Shown here piece by piece: positions 16,968-25,759 of a stretch of 64,000 bases of DNA. The notes beneath the pieces are model-generated. The model was not told the DNA's origin and did not search any database. It was given only the letters and a program-made list of their open reading frames with translations. Every line of letters begins with the position of its first letter. The stretch's first letter is position 1. This DNA is from a virus. The translations under genes were made by a program, and so were the position numbers. The stretch is from the IMG/VR virus record IMGVR_UViG_3300031418_000004; one strand, 5' to 3'.

Positions 16968-18045
16968 TCTGAAAAATCCTCGCGACTTTGAAATCTACGC
17001 GATGGACAACTTCGACTGCCTTTATATGGGGCGCGTTGAAGCAATCAGCACTGACGGTCGCAGCATTTCAGATCCGGAGCGCACAACTGATACGTGGCGC
17101 AGTTTGCCTAGCTGTGTGATTCAGTTGGCTAACACTGCAATGGGATTCCCGCTGGCATTAAGTAAGCGCGTAAACTGGAAAGCAGCGTTTGATGAAACCT
17201 GCTGGATGATGCGCGGCGAAACAAATATCAACACGCTCAACTCAAAAATTTGGGATGAGTGGGCTGATGAAAACGGTGAGTGCGGCCCGATCTATGGTGC
17301 AATGTGGCGTCGTTGGCCTGACGTAAAAGTGTTTCCGTCTTCTGATGAAATGGCGAAACTTTCCATCGCAGAACAAACGCGATACACACTGGAAATGCAG
17401 CGTCTGTTAAAGCGCGGTGCAAAATCAACTGTTCTGCCTGACGGTCGTGTGCTGTGGGAAAGCGAGATTGATCAGTTGCTGGAAGTTCTGAATGCTATCA
17501 ACGCTCGTTCGCGCAGCCGACGCATTCACGTTCAGACTTTCAATCCGGCATATCTCGGTATGCAAGCATTGCCGCCGTGTCACACTGCGTTTGAATTTAA
17601 CGTGATGCCTGCAACCGAATACGAAAACGCGGTAATGAGAGCAGGCAAAGGCGAAGCGTTTGAAGACACGCTGCATATTTCTGTTCAGATGCGCAGTAGC
17701 GATACGCTGTTAGGTTTCCCGTTCAACATGGCGGGTTATTGTATGATGCTGCATTTGTTTGCGAAGTATTGCAATCTGAATGTTGGCTCAATCACAATCG
17801 ACACAACCAACACGCACGTTTATGATCATCATTGGGATGCTCTGAAAACTCAAGCGCAACAGTTTGCTGAACTGCGCGAAGAAGTTCTCACAACAGGCAA
17901 TCCGATGCAGTATCCGCTGCTGGAAATCGATCCTATCATCCACACTTGGACGCCGGAAGAATTGCTCAACAATGTTTCCGCTGATCTGTTTACCATTAAC
18001 GGCTACAATCCGAAAGGCGCTGTTAAAGGTCGTGTGACTAAATAA
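16945..18045 (+). CDS. thyA: thymidylate synthase family enzyme (ThyA-like, dUMP-type pocket) with two large insertions
   Basis: IWDEWADENGECGPIYGAMWRRWP, RSRRIHV, ALPPCH (catalytic Cys212), MRSSDTLLGFPFNMAGY (Asn261 retained) and THVYDHH are colinear with E. coli ThyA. Confidence 0.8.
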   Translation: MSNSRQLDLKNPRDFEIYAMDNFDCLYMGRVEAISTDGRSISDPERTTDTWRSLPSCVIQLANTAMGFPLALSKRVNWKAAFDETCWMMRGETNINTLNSKIWDEWADENGECGPIYGAMWRRWPDVKVFPSSDEMAKLSIAEQTRYTLEMQRLLKRGAKSTVLPDGRVLWESEIDQLLEVLNAINARSRSRRIHVQTFNPAYLGMQALPPCHTAFEFNVMPATEYENAVMRAGKGEAFEDTLHISVQMRSSDTLLGFPFNMAGYCMMLHLFAKYCNLNVGSITIDTTNTHVYDHHWDALKTQAQQFAELREEVLTTGNPMQYPLLEIDPIIHTWTPEELLNNVSADLFTINGYNPKGAVKGRVTK

Positions 18046-18050
18046 ATTCT

Positions 18051-18077
18051 AAGGCGGCTTCGGTCGCCTTTTCTTTT
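18051..18077 (+). terminator. rho-independent terminator
   Basis: AAGGCGGC-TTCG-GTCGCCTT (UUCG tetraloop) followed by TTCTTTT. Confidence 0.75.
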
Positions 18078-18089
18078 GGGAAATCTCTT

Positions 18090-18836
18090 ATGCCTATCAT
18101 GAGAAATTGGGATTACTTTGCTGCGATTCACCGCAACAATATTCGCGATGTTCGTATTCAGTTTGCGGAGCGTGAAGGAGGTGAAGCAGATCACAATGAT
18201 ATTCATCAACACAAAATCGGTCAGAAAGTTTTCTACACGGTTATGCAAGCCGATGTTAACCGCACTCACTCTGTTCCTGCTACGGTTATTGGTGTGCGTT
18301 TCAGTCCCTTCTCTGTTCGCTATGATCTTGCTATTGAAATTGGCGACACTGGCTGCATGGCTGTACTGAAACAAATCTGTCCGGATTCAGTTTCTAAAAC
18401 TCCTTTTGGCGAAACGGCAGAAGCGGCACCTGTTGAAGAAGTCGAAAAAGAGTTGCCTACGCCTCTCAAACTTGCTCCTAGCGAACCGCTTTTAGAAGAA
18501 GCGCCTGCGGGATGGAAGCCGTTTCCTTCCACGTATTTCAATCAGCAAATAACCGATCAACAGCCTGAACTTGGCGCACTGATGGTTACAAGTTTGAAAG
18601 TCAGTGGCTCGTTTGATGATGCTGAGTTTTGCAAATTCCAAATCGGTGATGCAGTTAAAATCGATCTGGACGACGAAGCGGGAACGTTGGTTTATGGTTA
18701 CGTGTACGCGATAAACGTAAGTCAGCATTTTAGTTTTGATATTGCTGTACCTTCACCGCATGGCGCGTATACGATTTTGCGCGACATTCCCTCTGACGAT
18801 ATGTTTATCGTTAATCAAATTCCAAAAGGAAAATGA
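18090..18836 (+). CDS. hypothetical protein with two copies of a ~60-aa module
   Basis: 248 aa. The modules are HKIGQKVFY...VIGVRF...VRYDLAI and FQIGDAVKI...VYGYVYAI...FSFDIAV. Confidence 0.6.
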   Translation: MPIMRNWDYFAAIHRNNIRDVRIQFAEREGGEADHNDIHQHKIGQKVFYTVMQADVNRTHSVPATVIGVRFSPFSVRYDLAIEIGDTGCMAVLKQICPDSVSKTPFGETAEAAPVEEVEKELPTPLKLAPSEPLLEEAPAGWKPFPSTYFNQQITDQQPELGALMVTSLKVSGSFDDAEFCKFQIGDAVKIDLDDEAGTLVYGYVYAINVSQHFSFDIAVPSPHGAYTILRDIPSDDMFIVNQIPKGK

Positions 18837-18837
18837 C

Positions 18838-19503
18838 ATGTTCGCTTATCCGTTTCAGCTTCTCAAGTTAGCGCAGATTAAAGGTGAAGGTTTCGGTACA
18901 CTGGAACTGCGTGACGAAATTGAACCGCCAATTGGAAGCATTGTTCCATTGCAGATTTACACGCTCGGCTATCACTCGCTGTTTTATGTGACTGCTGTTA
19001 ACGGACGCACGGTAGAGTTTAAAGCGGATGTGATTCAGATTCACGATCCTCACGCACTGTCTTCGATGATTAGCGATGGCATGTGGTTCAACCAGCAAAC
19101 AACTTCCGAACACGATCTGAAAGTTGTGCAGGCGTGTAATCAGTTTGTGAATGAACTGCAACGTGCGGAGAAAAAGTTTCCTCAGTGGAACAAAGATCCG
19201 GTTCACGCTGCTGCAATCTTAGGTGAAGAAAGCGGCGAAACTTTGCAGGCGGCGATGGACTACAGTTTAAGTCCTACCGATGATGCAGATTTGCGTAAAA
19301 AGATTATGGGTGAAGCGGTTCAGACAGGTGCGATGGCAATTCGTTTGCTGATCAATGCCGATATGTTTGAACACTCAAGCAAAACTCTTTCCGGCGAACA
19401 GACTCAGCTTTTACGTGACATGCTTGCACAAGATGTTCCGGCAGAAAAAGTTATCGCAATGCTGCGTCAGATTTTTAGTCGCATGGAAAACCCTGAATGC
19501 TAG
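18838..19503 (+). CDS. mazG: MazG-like nucleotide pyrophosphohydrolase (all-alpha NTP-PPase) with an N-terminal extra domain
   Basis: AAILGEESGETLQAAMDY ... IMGEAVQTGAMAIRLL shows the EExGE and E..d..a...R pattern. The ATG at 18838 lies two nt past the previous stop (18834-18836). Confidence 0.65.
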   Translation: MFAYPFQLLKLAQIKGEGFGTLELRDEIEPPIGSIVPLQIYTLGYHSLFYVTAVNGRTVEFKADVIQIHDPHALSSMISDGMWFNQQTTSEHDLKVVQACNQFVNELQRAEKKFPQWNKDPVHAAAILGEESGETLQAAMDYSLSPTDDADLRKKIMGEAVQTGAMAIRLLINADMFEHSSKTLSGEQTQLLRDMLAQDVPAEKVIAMLRQIFSRMENPEC

Positions 19504-19727
19504 AATCACTGACCAATGAACAAATTCTACTGGCGGCAAACGCTGCTGTGTTTGGTCTATATCTCGCTTTTGATATTGCTGTATCAGTGGTCTTTTGCTA
19601 CGTCTATCGAGTAGCATTCAGTTTTCTTCGCACATTCGCAGAAACAAATAATCGTGAAACTCATGCGGTTCTTTGGGCAACCGGAATTACCATTTGGATA
19701 ATTTACAACTGTAGATTATTTGAATGA
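19497..19727 (+). CDS. small membrane protein
   Basis: 76 aa with two hydrophobic segments (AANAAVFGLYLAFDIAVSVVFCYVY and LWATGITIWIIY). Confidence 0.5.
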   Translation: MLESLTNEQILLAANAAVFGLYLAFDIAVSVVFCYVYRVAFSFLRTFAETNNRETHAVLWATGITIWIIYNCRLFE

Positions 19728-19734
19728 GGTTGTT

Positions 19735-20046
19735 ATGTATAAGCCGTTCCGATTCTTTGGTGATAGTCGCGCACCGTCTCAAGGCTTCTTTCACGTAATA
19801 AACCATGTGAAGGAAAATCCTGTTGCGGTTGGCTTGGAAGAAGTAGAGTTTGAATTTAATGCCACGGAAATGAAAGCGATGTATCGCCCTAGTTTGGAAA
19901 TAGAGGTTTATGACAAACAAGGTGAAATCGAAATTCGTTCTGTTGGTGTGCTTGGAACAAAACTTATTGTGCAGTTGAATCGTCGCACTGGCGTTAGGCC
20001 GCACATTAAAGCGCGTTGGATTGAGAGGTATCTTTATGCTTCTTAA
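19735..20046 (+). CDS. hypothetical protein
   Basis: ATG after GAGG. 103 aa. Confidence 0.5.
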   Translation: MYKPFRFFGDSRAPSQGFFHVINHVKENPVAVGLEEVEFEFNATEMKAMYRPSLEIEVYDKQGEIEIRSVGVLGTKLIVQLNRRTGVRPHIKARWIERYLYAS

Positions 20047-20431
20047 ATCTGGAGTTGTGATGCAACACAAACGGGCTACGTTTCTCACATTGAAAAACAT
20101 GCCTGCGCAAACTTGTGTTGAGAGCGAGGATGTTCCGTACATCAAACTGGTGAAAGATAAATGCCTTACGCTGGAATATATTTATGTTCCGGAAAGACTG
20201 CGGGGCCATAAACTTTCATACGCGCTGTTAGAAGTTTTGTTTGAGTACCAGCAAGTTTTAAACATCGAAGTTTTGAAATTCGAATGTATCGCTAAACCTT
20301 ACTGGCGCAAAGTTTCAAACAAGTTTCCAAAGCGCATTCTGTTTCCTGCCAGTGTGTTTCATCGTACCAATCTGGCCTTAGTCCGGATGCCGCATATCAA
20401 GGCGTCTGCGATACAACTGCGAAAACTGTAA
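20036..20431 (+). CDS. small GNAT-like (YjdJ-type) acetyltransferase candidate
   Basis: EYIYVPERLRGHKLSYALLEVLFEY resembles GNAT motif A (V.p..RG.gig..L). Start at ATG 20036 after GAGAGG. Confidence 0.4.
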   Translation: MLLKSGVVMQHKRATFLTLKNMPAQTCVESEDVPYIKLVKDKCLTLEYIYVPERLRGHKLSYALLEVLFEYQQVLNIEVLKFECIAKPYWRKVSNKFPKRILFPASVFHRTNLALVRMPHIKASAIQLRKL

Positions 20432-20435
20432 ATAT

Positions 20436-20471
20436 AAAGGGAGGGCCAAACGGTCTTCCCTTTTTCTTTTT
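20436..20471 (+). terminator. rho-independent terminator (strong)
   Basis: GGGAGGGCC-AAAC-GGTCTTCCC (9 pairs, two of them G:U) followed by TTTTTCTTTTT. Confidence 0.8.
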
Positions 20472-20485
20472 CAGGAGTAAATTTT

Positions 20486-21211
20486 ATGTCAATCCGACTT
20501 ATGCCAAAGTTTGCTGTTCAGTGGTTTCATAACGGCGATGTTCCCGGCGAAGATTCAAACTTTGAAGGTGATATTGTTCGTTACTTTCGTCATCCTCAGT
20601 ACGAAGGTTTCAGTCGTTGCGCTCACTGCAATCACACGATGCACGAACACGGCTTTATTGATCGCAGTGATGCACTGGTCGTTTGTCCGGGCGACGTTCT
20701 GTTTAGCTTTAGCGATCTGCGTCATACGTCGCGTGACTTTATTGATTCAATCGGAAAGATTCGTCAAAAGTCATTCATTCAAATTTTCGGCGCACAGCAA
20801 TTTTATCTTGCGCAGAAAAACTGTCAGTCGTTTATTGATGGCTCAACGGATGAAACAATTCAGAAGCGTTTTATGCGCAATGCGATCATTCCAACCATGC
20901 TGGCGCAATACCGCTCACGCCTTTATGTAACAGGCAGCGTTTCAGAAAAGAACATTGACGATCATATCAGCGCCGAACCGGAAAACGATACGCTGTTTAA
21001 AGCGGTTTATGATCTCAATGAAGCAACGCGTTCAATGTGGAAAGCACTGCTGCTTAACCCTACGCTGGTGGCACCTGAAATCTTTTGTGCGGTGTGGGAC
21101 ATTCCCGGCTATCAAGAACAGTCACAGCGTTTGCAGGATTTCGATTTGAAACTGCTTACGCTGGAAGACTACAAAACTTTTAAACAGGAGTTGCAGAATG
21201 GATCGCAGTAA
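20486..21211 (+). CDS. hypothetical protein
   Basis: SD AGGAG. 241 aa. Confidence 0.6.
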   Translation: MSIRLMPKFAVQWFHNGDVPGEDSNFEGDIVRYFRHPQYEGFSRCAHCNHTMHEHGFIDRSDALVVCPGDVLFSFSDLRHTSRDFIDSIGKIRQKSFIQIFGAQQFYLAQKNCQSFIDGSTDETIQKRFMRNAIIPTMLAQYRSRLYVTGSVSEKNIDDHISAEPENDTLFKAVYDLNEATRSMWKALLLNPTLVAPEIFCAVWDIPGYQEQSQRLQDFDLKLLTLEDYKTFKQELQNGSQ

Positions 21212-22142
21212 CATCATCAAGTACAAGCCAGTTGCCAAACGTGCAACAGATTTGATTGACGAAGTTCCGGAAGCAATCGATCTGCCTGAACTGAACGTTG
21301 AAGGCACTGCGGTAGAAGGTACGATTGATAAAAGCGTTATGGAAGTTTTGCTGCAAGATCCTTCCCGCAATATCACTATCACCAGTGCGCATCGCGATAA
21401 CATTGCATGTTTCTATCTGCCTATCCCGCCGGATCTGTTACGCCGTTTGGTTGAAGGCCATAAACATGTTCGCGTGTCTCAAAGCGGTAATGAAATTGCT
21501 ATCTCCAGTGCGCAACAGTTTAACGATAAAGAGTTGGTTCGCTTTATTGGCTTGCGTAACGATGCAGAGAAAATTTTGCGCCCTCTCTATCGTGATTTGT
21601 TTGCAACGTTAAGCTGCTTGAACGGTGTTAAGTACGAACTGAACAAACACGGTGCGAAAGTTCTGATCAACGATATTGATCTCTCGCACTTTTACGCGCC
21701 GTCCAGTTTGGTTTCTTCTTATCTTGCTGCGCGTAGTATCGGACAGATCGTTACCTTTAATCAGTACAGCGAAAAAGGTTCGGACTATCTGGTTCCGGAA
21801 ATCACAGGTGACGTAAGCTACGAAGATATTTGCTTACTGTTCAATGACGCGATTGAAAAGCTGCGCCCTGAAATGCACAAGCATGGAATCTACACCGCGT
21901 TTGTTACTCGCAGTCAAGCGCACGATGGTCTGGATATTTGCTCGATCAAACGTGACGGCAATGGAGGCTACGTGAATATTTCTCGCGATCTTGCGCTGCA
22001 TATGTTTGGCACTCAAACATTCAAGCCTGAGTTTTTGCAAGAAGGCGATATGATTATGGTTAGCGTAGACGCAGGCGAACCTTTTGTGTGCGCTGATGCT
22101 GCACAGTGGATCAACTTCGAAGCATGGAACAAACAACCGTGA
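21198..22142 (+). CDS. hypothetical protein
   Basis: SD AGGAG. 314 aa. Confidence 0.6.
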   Translation: MDRSNIIKYKPVAKRATDLIDEVPEAIDLPELNVEGTAVEGTIDKSVMEVLLQDPSRNITITSAHRDNIACFYLPIPPDLLRRLVEGHKHVRVSQSGNEIAISSAQQFNDKELVRFIGLRNDAEKILRPLYRDLFATLSCLNGVKYELNKHGAKVLINDIDLSHFYAPSSLVSSYLAARSIGQIVTFNQYSEKGSDYLVPEITGDVSYEDICLLFNDAIEKLRPEMHKHGIYTAFVTRSQAHDGLDICSIKRDGNGGYVNISRDLALHMFGTQTFKPEFLQEGDMIMVSVDAGEPFVCADAAQWINFEAWNKQP

Positions 22143-22993
22143 AAATTTTAAGATCCGATAGCAATGAGCGTGAATTGTTTCTGATTCTGGAAAGTGAAAC
22201 AGAAATTCCCGAAGGCAAACACTCTACTTTCATGATCGATAAAATCGAACTGAAAGATGCAGTTGTTGCAAAACTTCCCGGCACAAATCAGTATCACGTA
22301 ACGTACGAAGACGTTAGTCTGCCGGACAACAAAGCGGTCTATGACTCGCAGGCCATGTTTCGTGCGCACCAACTGACAGAACAGTTTGAAGGTGCTAAGT
22401 GTTTGCCTTGTGATTTTCCTCGCGTGTTCTTTGAAGAAATTCAGGAACAACACAAAGACAATCCGGTTAGTGCAAAGTGCGAAGTGATTCGTACTCCATT
22501 AGGGCCGCAGATAGTTATTACGTTTATCGAAAACGAAGAAGTGATTGCAGTGTATGAGCGCTCTATGGTGCAGGCATATATTGATTATCTTCTTTGCGCA
22601 GGCATTCGCGGTTGCTGGATTTTCTATCCAAAAGAAAATGAGTTTGGATCGCTAACCAAACCAGAAGTTTCAGCCTATATGGAAAGACTGAATGAAAGGC
22701 TGGACGGTCTGGCAATCGTCAACGGTTTCTATCAAGGTTTCGCCACGTTTGGTAAAAACCATTTGACCATTCAGTTTAATCTGAAAAGTGGTCACTATGT
22801 TCGGAATAAGTTTCCGTCCGTAGTAATTAATAAACTGATGGCAGAACAAATTGATTTGCCTATTACGGTAGAGAAAACTGAAACAGCAATCAGCCTTACA
22901 GTGGATTGGAACAAGATTGTTCATCCTTCTGTGATGTGCTCTCTCAAGTATTCCAATTGGAACCAACTGAGTTTGATTGGCACAGTAAAATAA
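22124..22993 (+). CDS. hypothetical protein
   Basis: Long ORF. The start is ambiguous: ATG 22124, or GTG 22139 overlapping the upstream stop. Confidence 0.55.
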   Translation: MEQTTVKILRSDSNERELFLILESETEIPEGKHSTFMIDKIELKDAVVAKLPGTNQYHVTYEDVSLPDNKAVYDSQAMFRAHQLTEQFEGAKCLPCDFPRVFFEEIQEQHKDNPVSAKCEVIRTPLGPQIVITFIENEEVIAVYERSMVQAYIDYLLCAGIRGCWIFYPKENEFGSLTKPEVSAYMERLNERLDGLAIVNGFYQGFATFGKNHLTIQFNLKSGHYVRNKFPSVVINKLMAEQIDLPITVEKTETAISLTVDWNKIVHPSVMCSLKYSNWNQLSLIGTVK

Positions 22994-23003
22994 TCTGTAA
23001 ATA

Positions 23004-23029
23004 AGGGATAGAGAAACTTCTATCCCTTT
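23004..23029 (+). terminator. hairpin terminator with a short U-tract
   Basis: GGGATAGA-GAAACT-TCTATCCC followed by TTT, then the SD GGAG. Confidence 0.5.
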
Positions 23030-23039
23030 GGAGATTGTG

Positions 23040-23426
23040 ATGCCTGATGCTCAGTTGAGTTTCAGAGAAGTTACGGACACAGAACTTTTGATAGAGTTTC
23101 GCACTCATAGCGAACTGCAAAAGTTCGACGATGCTCGGACTCTTTCTATGTTCTGTAAAGTATATGGAGCATACGTTGATAACAACTTTGCCGGATACAT
23201 TGCGATAGACGGCGCACAGCGTGAACTTTCAAGTCTCTTTGTTTTGTCTTATTACAGAAACTTAGGAATAGCCAATCAGTTGTTGGAAAGATATTCTTCT
23301 GTTGCTGATTACGTTTGCTGCTATGAGGACAACACAGTAGCATTCGCGTTGTACCAAAAACATGGCTTCACCGAAAAACATAAAACTTATCATTCGCACA
23401 CATATACTACGTTGAGAAAACCCTGA
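23040..23426 (+). CDS. GNAT family N-acetyltransferase
   Basis: LFVLSYYRNLGIANQLLERY (motif A, R/Q-x-x-G-x-A) and FALYQKHGF (motif B). Confidence 0.7.
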   Translation: MPDAQLSFREVTDTELLIEFRTHSELQKFDDARTLSMFCKVYGAYVDNNFAGYIAIDGAQRELSSLFVLSYYRNLGIANQLLERYSSVADYVCCYEDNTVAFALYQKHGFTEKHKTYHSHTYTTLRKP

Positions 23427-23593
23427 TGGATATTTGCACCGCGTTTCTGTTTCTTTTGCTGCTGGCTGCTTGCGTTATTGTTGGCGCGTTTGTTCTGGTG
23501 TGCGCAGCGATTACCAAAATTCCGGCAATCAGTGCCGCAATCATCGCACTGATCATTATGCTGCTGGTGCGTAAAAAGATCTTCAAAAAGTAA
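23426..23593 (+). CDS. small two-helix membrane protein (55 aa), absent from the track
   Basis: The ATG overlaps the GNAT stop (TGATG). MDICTAFLFLLLLAACVIVGAFVLVCAAITKIPAISAAIIALIIMLLVRKKIFKK. Confidence 0.45.
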   Translation: MDICTAFLFLLLLAACVIVGAFVLVCAAITKIPAISAAIIALIIMLLVRKKIFKK

Positions 23594-23603
23594 GGGATAA
23601 TTT

Positions 23604-24077
23604 ATGTCAGTAAAATTGTTTTATGGCGACAAGTTCGACATGCCTGTTCGCGCAGGCAAAACAGACGGCGTAGATTCGATCAACATTGCGCTGGGTGAGA
23701 AAAACAGTTTAGAGTCTCGCTATATTTCCAATCGCCTGTTTGTGTTGGGCGAACTGGCGGCGATTCTTGTTACTGCAAATGACGTGAAGGAAATTTATGT
23801 TCCTATGCGTCTGGAAGAATCCCACAATGAGTTTCTGTCGGAACAGTGGGCCGATTTCAAAATGGGTCGTAACGTTGTTAGTATTGAACTGTCGGAAGGC
23901 GAAACGTACGAACCTTTAAGCAAAGCTCTCCGTGCGTACAAGCGCGTTGGCTTATTCATCCAAAAGACAGGCGAAGGCTCTGTTGCTGAGTTAGTGGAGA
24001 TTGAAGCAAATGAACAGACAGGAAATGAAAAGCCAAACAGTGGCGCACACGATGAAGGTGATTCAACTCTTATGTGA
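23604..24077 (+). CDS. hypothetical protein
   Basis: 157 aa. SD AAGGGA. Confidence 0.6.
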   Translation: MSVKLFYGDKFDMPVRAGKTDGVDSINIALGEKNSLESRYISNRLFVLGELAAILVTANDVKEIYVPMRLEESHNEFLSEQWADFKMGRNVVSIELSEGETYEPLSKALRAYKRVGLFIQKTGEGSVAELVEIEANEQTGNEKPNSGAHDEGDSTLM

Positions 24078-24705
24078 AAAAGCAAAAGAGAAAGAATTGA
24101 AATTCAACGTTGACTCTCAGTGCGTTTGGATCAAATACCCGCAGCATTTTACCGGAAGCAAACAACGCTATGAATTCGGTGAACTGATTGCGATGGCGCT
24201 TACTGCGACTCTGAGCAACAACCCGTTTGATCTCGAAATTCGAAATCCCGGACGCGGTGAAGTTTATCTGCCAGTTGTCGAAGGCAACAGTCCTGTCACA
24301 GAAGGCGAAGCGTTTCGTGCATTCAACCATGAAGCCCGTTTGCTGCTTGAGCGTGAAGCGTTCTTTGACGCAACAGCGCTGGTGATGTTAGGCCGTATGC
24401 CTACGCTGAACGAAAATCCGAAAGAAGTTGCGTATGCCGATATTCTTACGGCTTATCCAAACGGCACTTTCTTCCGGATGTTTTTGCCAAAGAACTTTTT
24501 CTTTTACGCGGCTATCACTGAAAACATTAAGCTGCGTTTGGTGGATGCGGAACACGGGTCAGAATACAAAAAAGTTGTGTTCGATTCGGAAACGTTCCAA
24601 GACTACTCAACTCTTCTGCGCGAATGCTTTGACGAAGTGCAGATGAAAGTTCTGAGTATCAGTTATCGCAAAGAAAAAGGATTGCCTGAGAATGTCACAG
24701 ACTAA
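24052..24705 (+). CDS. hypothetical protein
   Basis: Long ORF. The start is uncertain; the first plausible ATG overlaps the upstream gene by 26 nt. Confidence 0.5.
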   Translation: MKVIQLLCEKAKEKELKFNVDSQCVWIKYPQHFTGSKQRYEFGELIAMALTATLSNNPFDLEIRNPGRGEVYLPVVEGNSPVTEGEAFRAFNHEARLLLEREAFFDATALVMLGRMPTLNENPKEVAYADILTAYPNGTFFRMFLPKNFFFYAAITENIKLRLVDAEHGSEYKKVVFDSETFQDYSTLLRECFDEVQMKVLSISYRKEKGLPENVTD

Positions 24706-25009
24706 ATATCCGGAACTGTGGCGGCGTGTGCTTGAGGCTTCTGGACGTTTTGATCGTGCTCACATGAGGCTTGACTCTGCCAAAGCACAAGCAGGGCTGC
24801 GAACTGATCCACGCGGTCAAACTTTCCCTACGTTGAAAAACGAGGAACCGGAAACTTATCTGAAAGAAATTCTCTGGTTCAACAGCGAAACAATTCGCTG
24901 TAATGCTCAAGCGGAAGCATTAGAGTCTGGTAAAAATGCAGATGAAGTTTACGCTGCTATTGCTGACAAGTGCGCTTCCTTTTTAGGAGATTCCAAATGG
25001 CAACCTTAA
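24692..25009 (+). CDS. hypothetical protein
   Basis: 105-aa ORF. Confidence 0.5.
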   Translation: MSQTKYPELWRRVLEASGRFDRAHMRLDSAKAQAGLRTDPRGQTFPTLKNEEPETYLKEILWFNSETIRCNAQAEALESGKNADEVYAAIADKCASFLGDSKWQP

Positions 25010-25695
25010 ATTTTCGAACCATGCACAGGCAACAGCTTGAGACTTTGTTTTGGTATTTGTGGAACCTGAATTGTGTTGCGGAAAACAAACCGCTGATTCC
25101 AATCCAGCCGAACTATAAAGCGAATCATGAAGCTCACCACATGATGCTGCTGAACAATGCCATTCAAAGTTTCAAGTTCAACATTCCTAAACATCTGGAA
25201 TACTCGCTTGAGTTTCAGGATCGTTTGGCGTACGCACACAAACTTGCAGATAGTTTTGTTTCTGCTTGCGATGAGTATACGCCTGATCCGGAAAAAGAAA
25301 TGCCGCGTTCTTTGCCTAAGTGGGCGAATACGTTGAACGTGAATTACTTTTACGATCCAAACGGACGCCACGGATTCTCGCCTGAGACATTAGTCAAAAT
25401 GGCTGAGGACATGTTGCAGGTAGAAGCAATGGCGTGGTTAACGGAACTGGATAAAACTTATGTGAACGATGGCGGTCGTTTGATAATGTTCCCTCACCAG
25501 CCTGAGCGTGTTCTTGAATCGGCGGCGCATCTGTCATTCCGTAATCAGGAAATGGCTGAGAAATTGGGCGGTCTGATTTTACGCTGTCACGATCATAAGC
25601 TGTTAAGTGTTTTTGAATCTTACGTGAAGGAAACTTTGTTCCCACGTTTGTACGCGAATCGTGAATTGATCCTTCGCGATTTGTATAACAGTTAG
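24997..25695 (+). CDS. hypothetical protein
   Basis: ATG after AGGAG. 232 aa. Confidence 0.6.
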   Translation: MATLNFRTMHRQQLETLFWYLWNLNCVAENKPLIPIQPNYKANHEAHHMMLLNNAIQSFKFNIPKHLEYSLEFQDRLAYAHKLADSFVSACDEYTPDPEKEMPRSLPKWANTLNVNYFYDPNGRHGFSPETLVKMAEDMLQVEAMAWLTELDKTYVNDGGRLIMFPHQPERVLESAAHLSFRNQEMAEKLGGLILRCHDHKLLSVFESYVKETLFPRLYANRELILRDLYNS

Positions 25696-25759
25696 GATCA
25701 TAACCCTAGTGCTATCGTTCAAAAGTTCGATAGCCTACTTCCAATAAAAGGAACGAGAA

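Noticed and set aside
16945-18045. The ThyA homolog as a dCMP hydroxymethylase (T4 gp42-like)
   Set aside because: The pyrimidine-discriminating Asn (FPFNMAGY, Asn261) is retained rather than replaced by Asp. A dCMP deaminase is encoded nearby to supply dUMP. dUMP is therefore the likelier substrate. Thymidylate synthase versus dUMP hydroxymethylase remains open.
25711-25734. Hairpin GCTATCG-N10-CGATAGC after gene 24997-25695
   Set aside because: It has a perfect 7-bp stem, but CTACTTCC follows with no U-tract. I did not call it a terminator. It may be a processing or stability element and is mentioned only in the punctuation finding.
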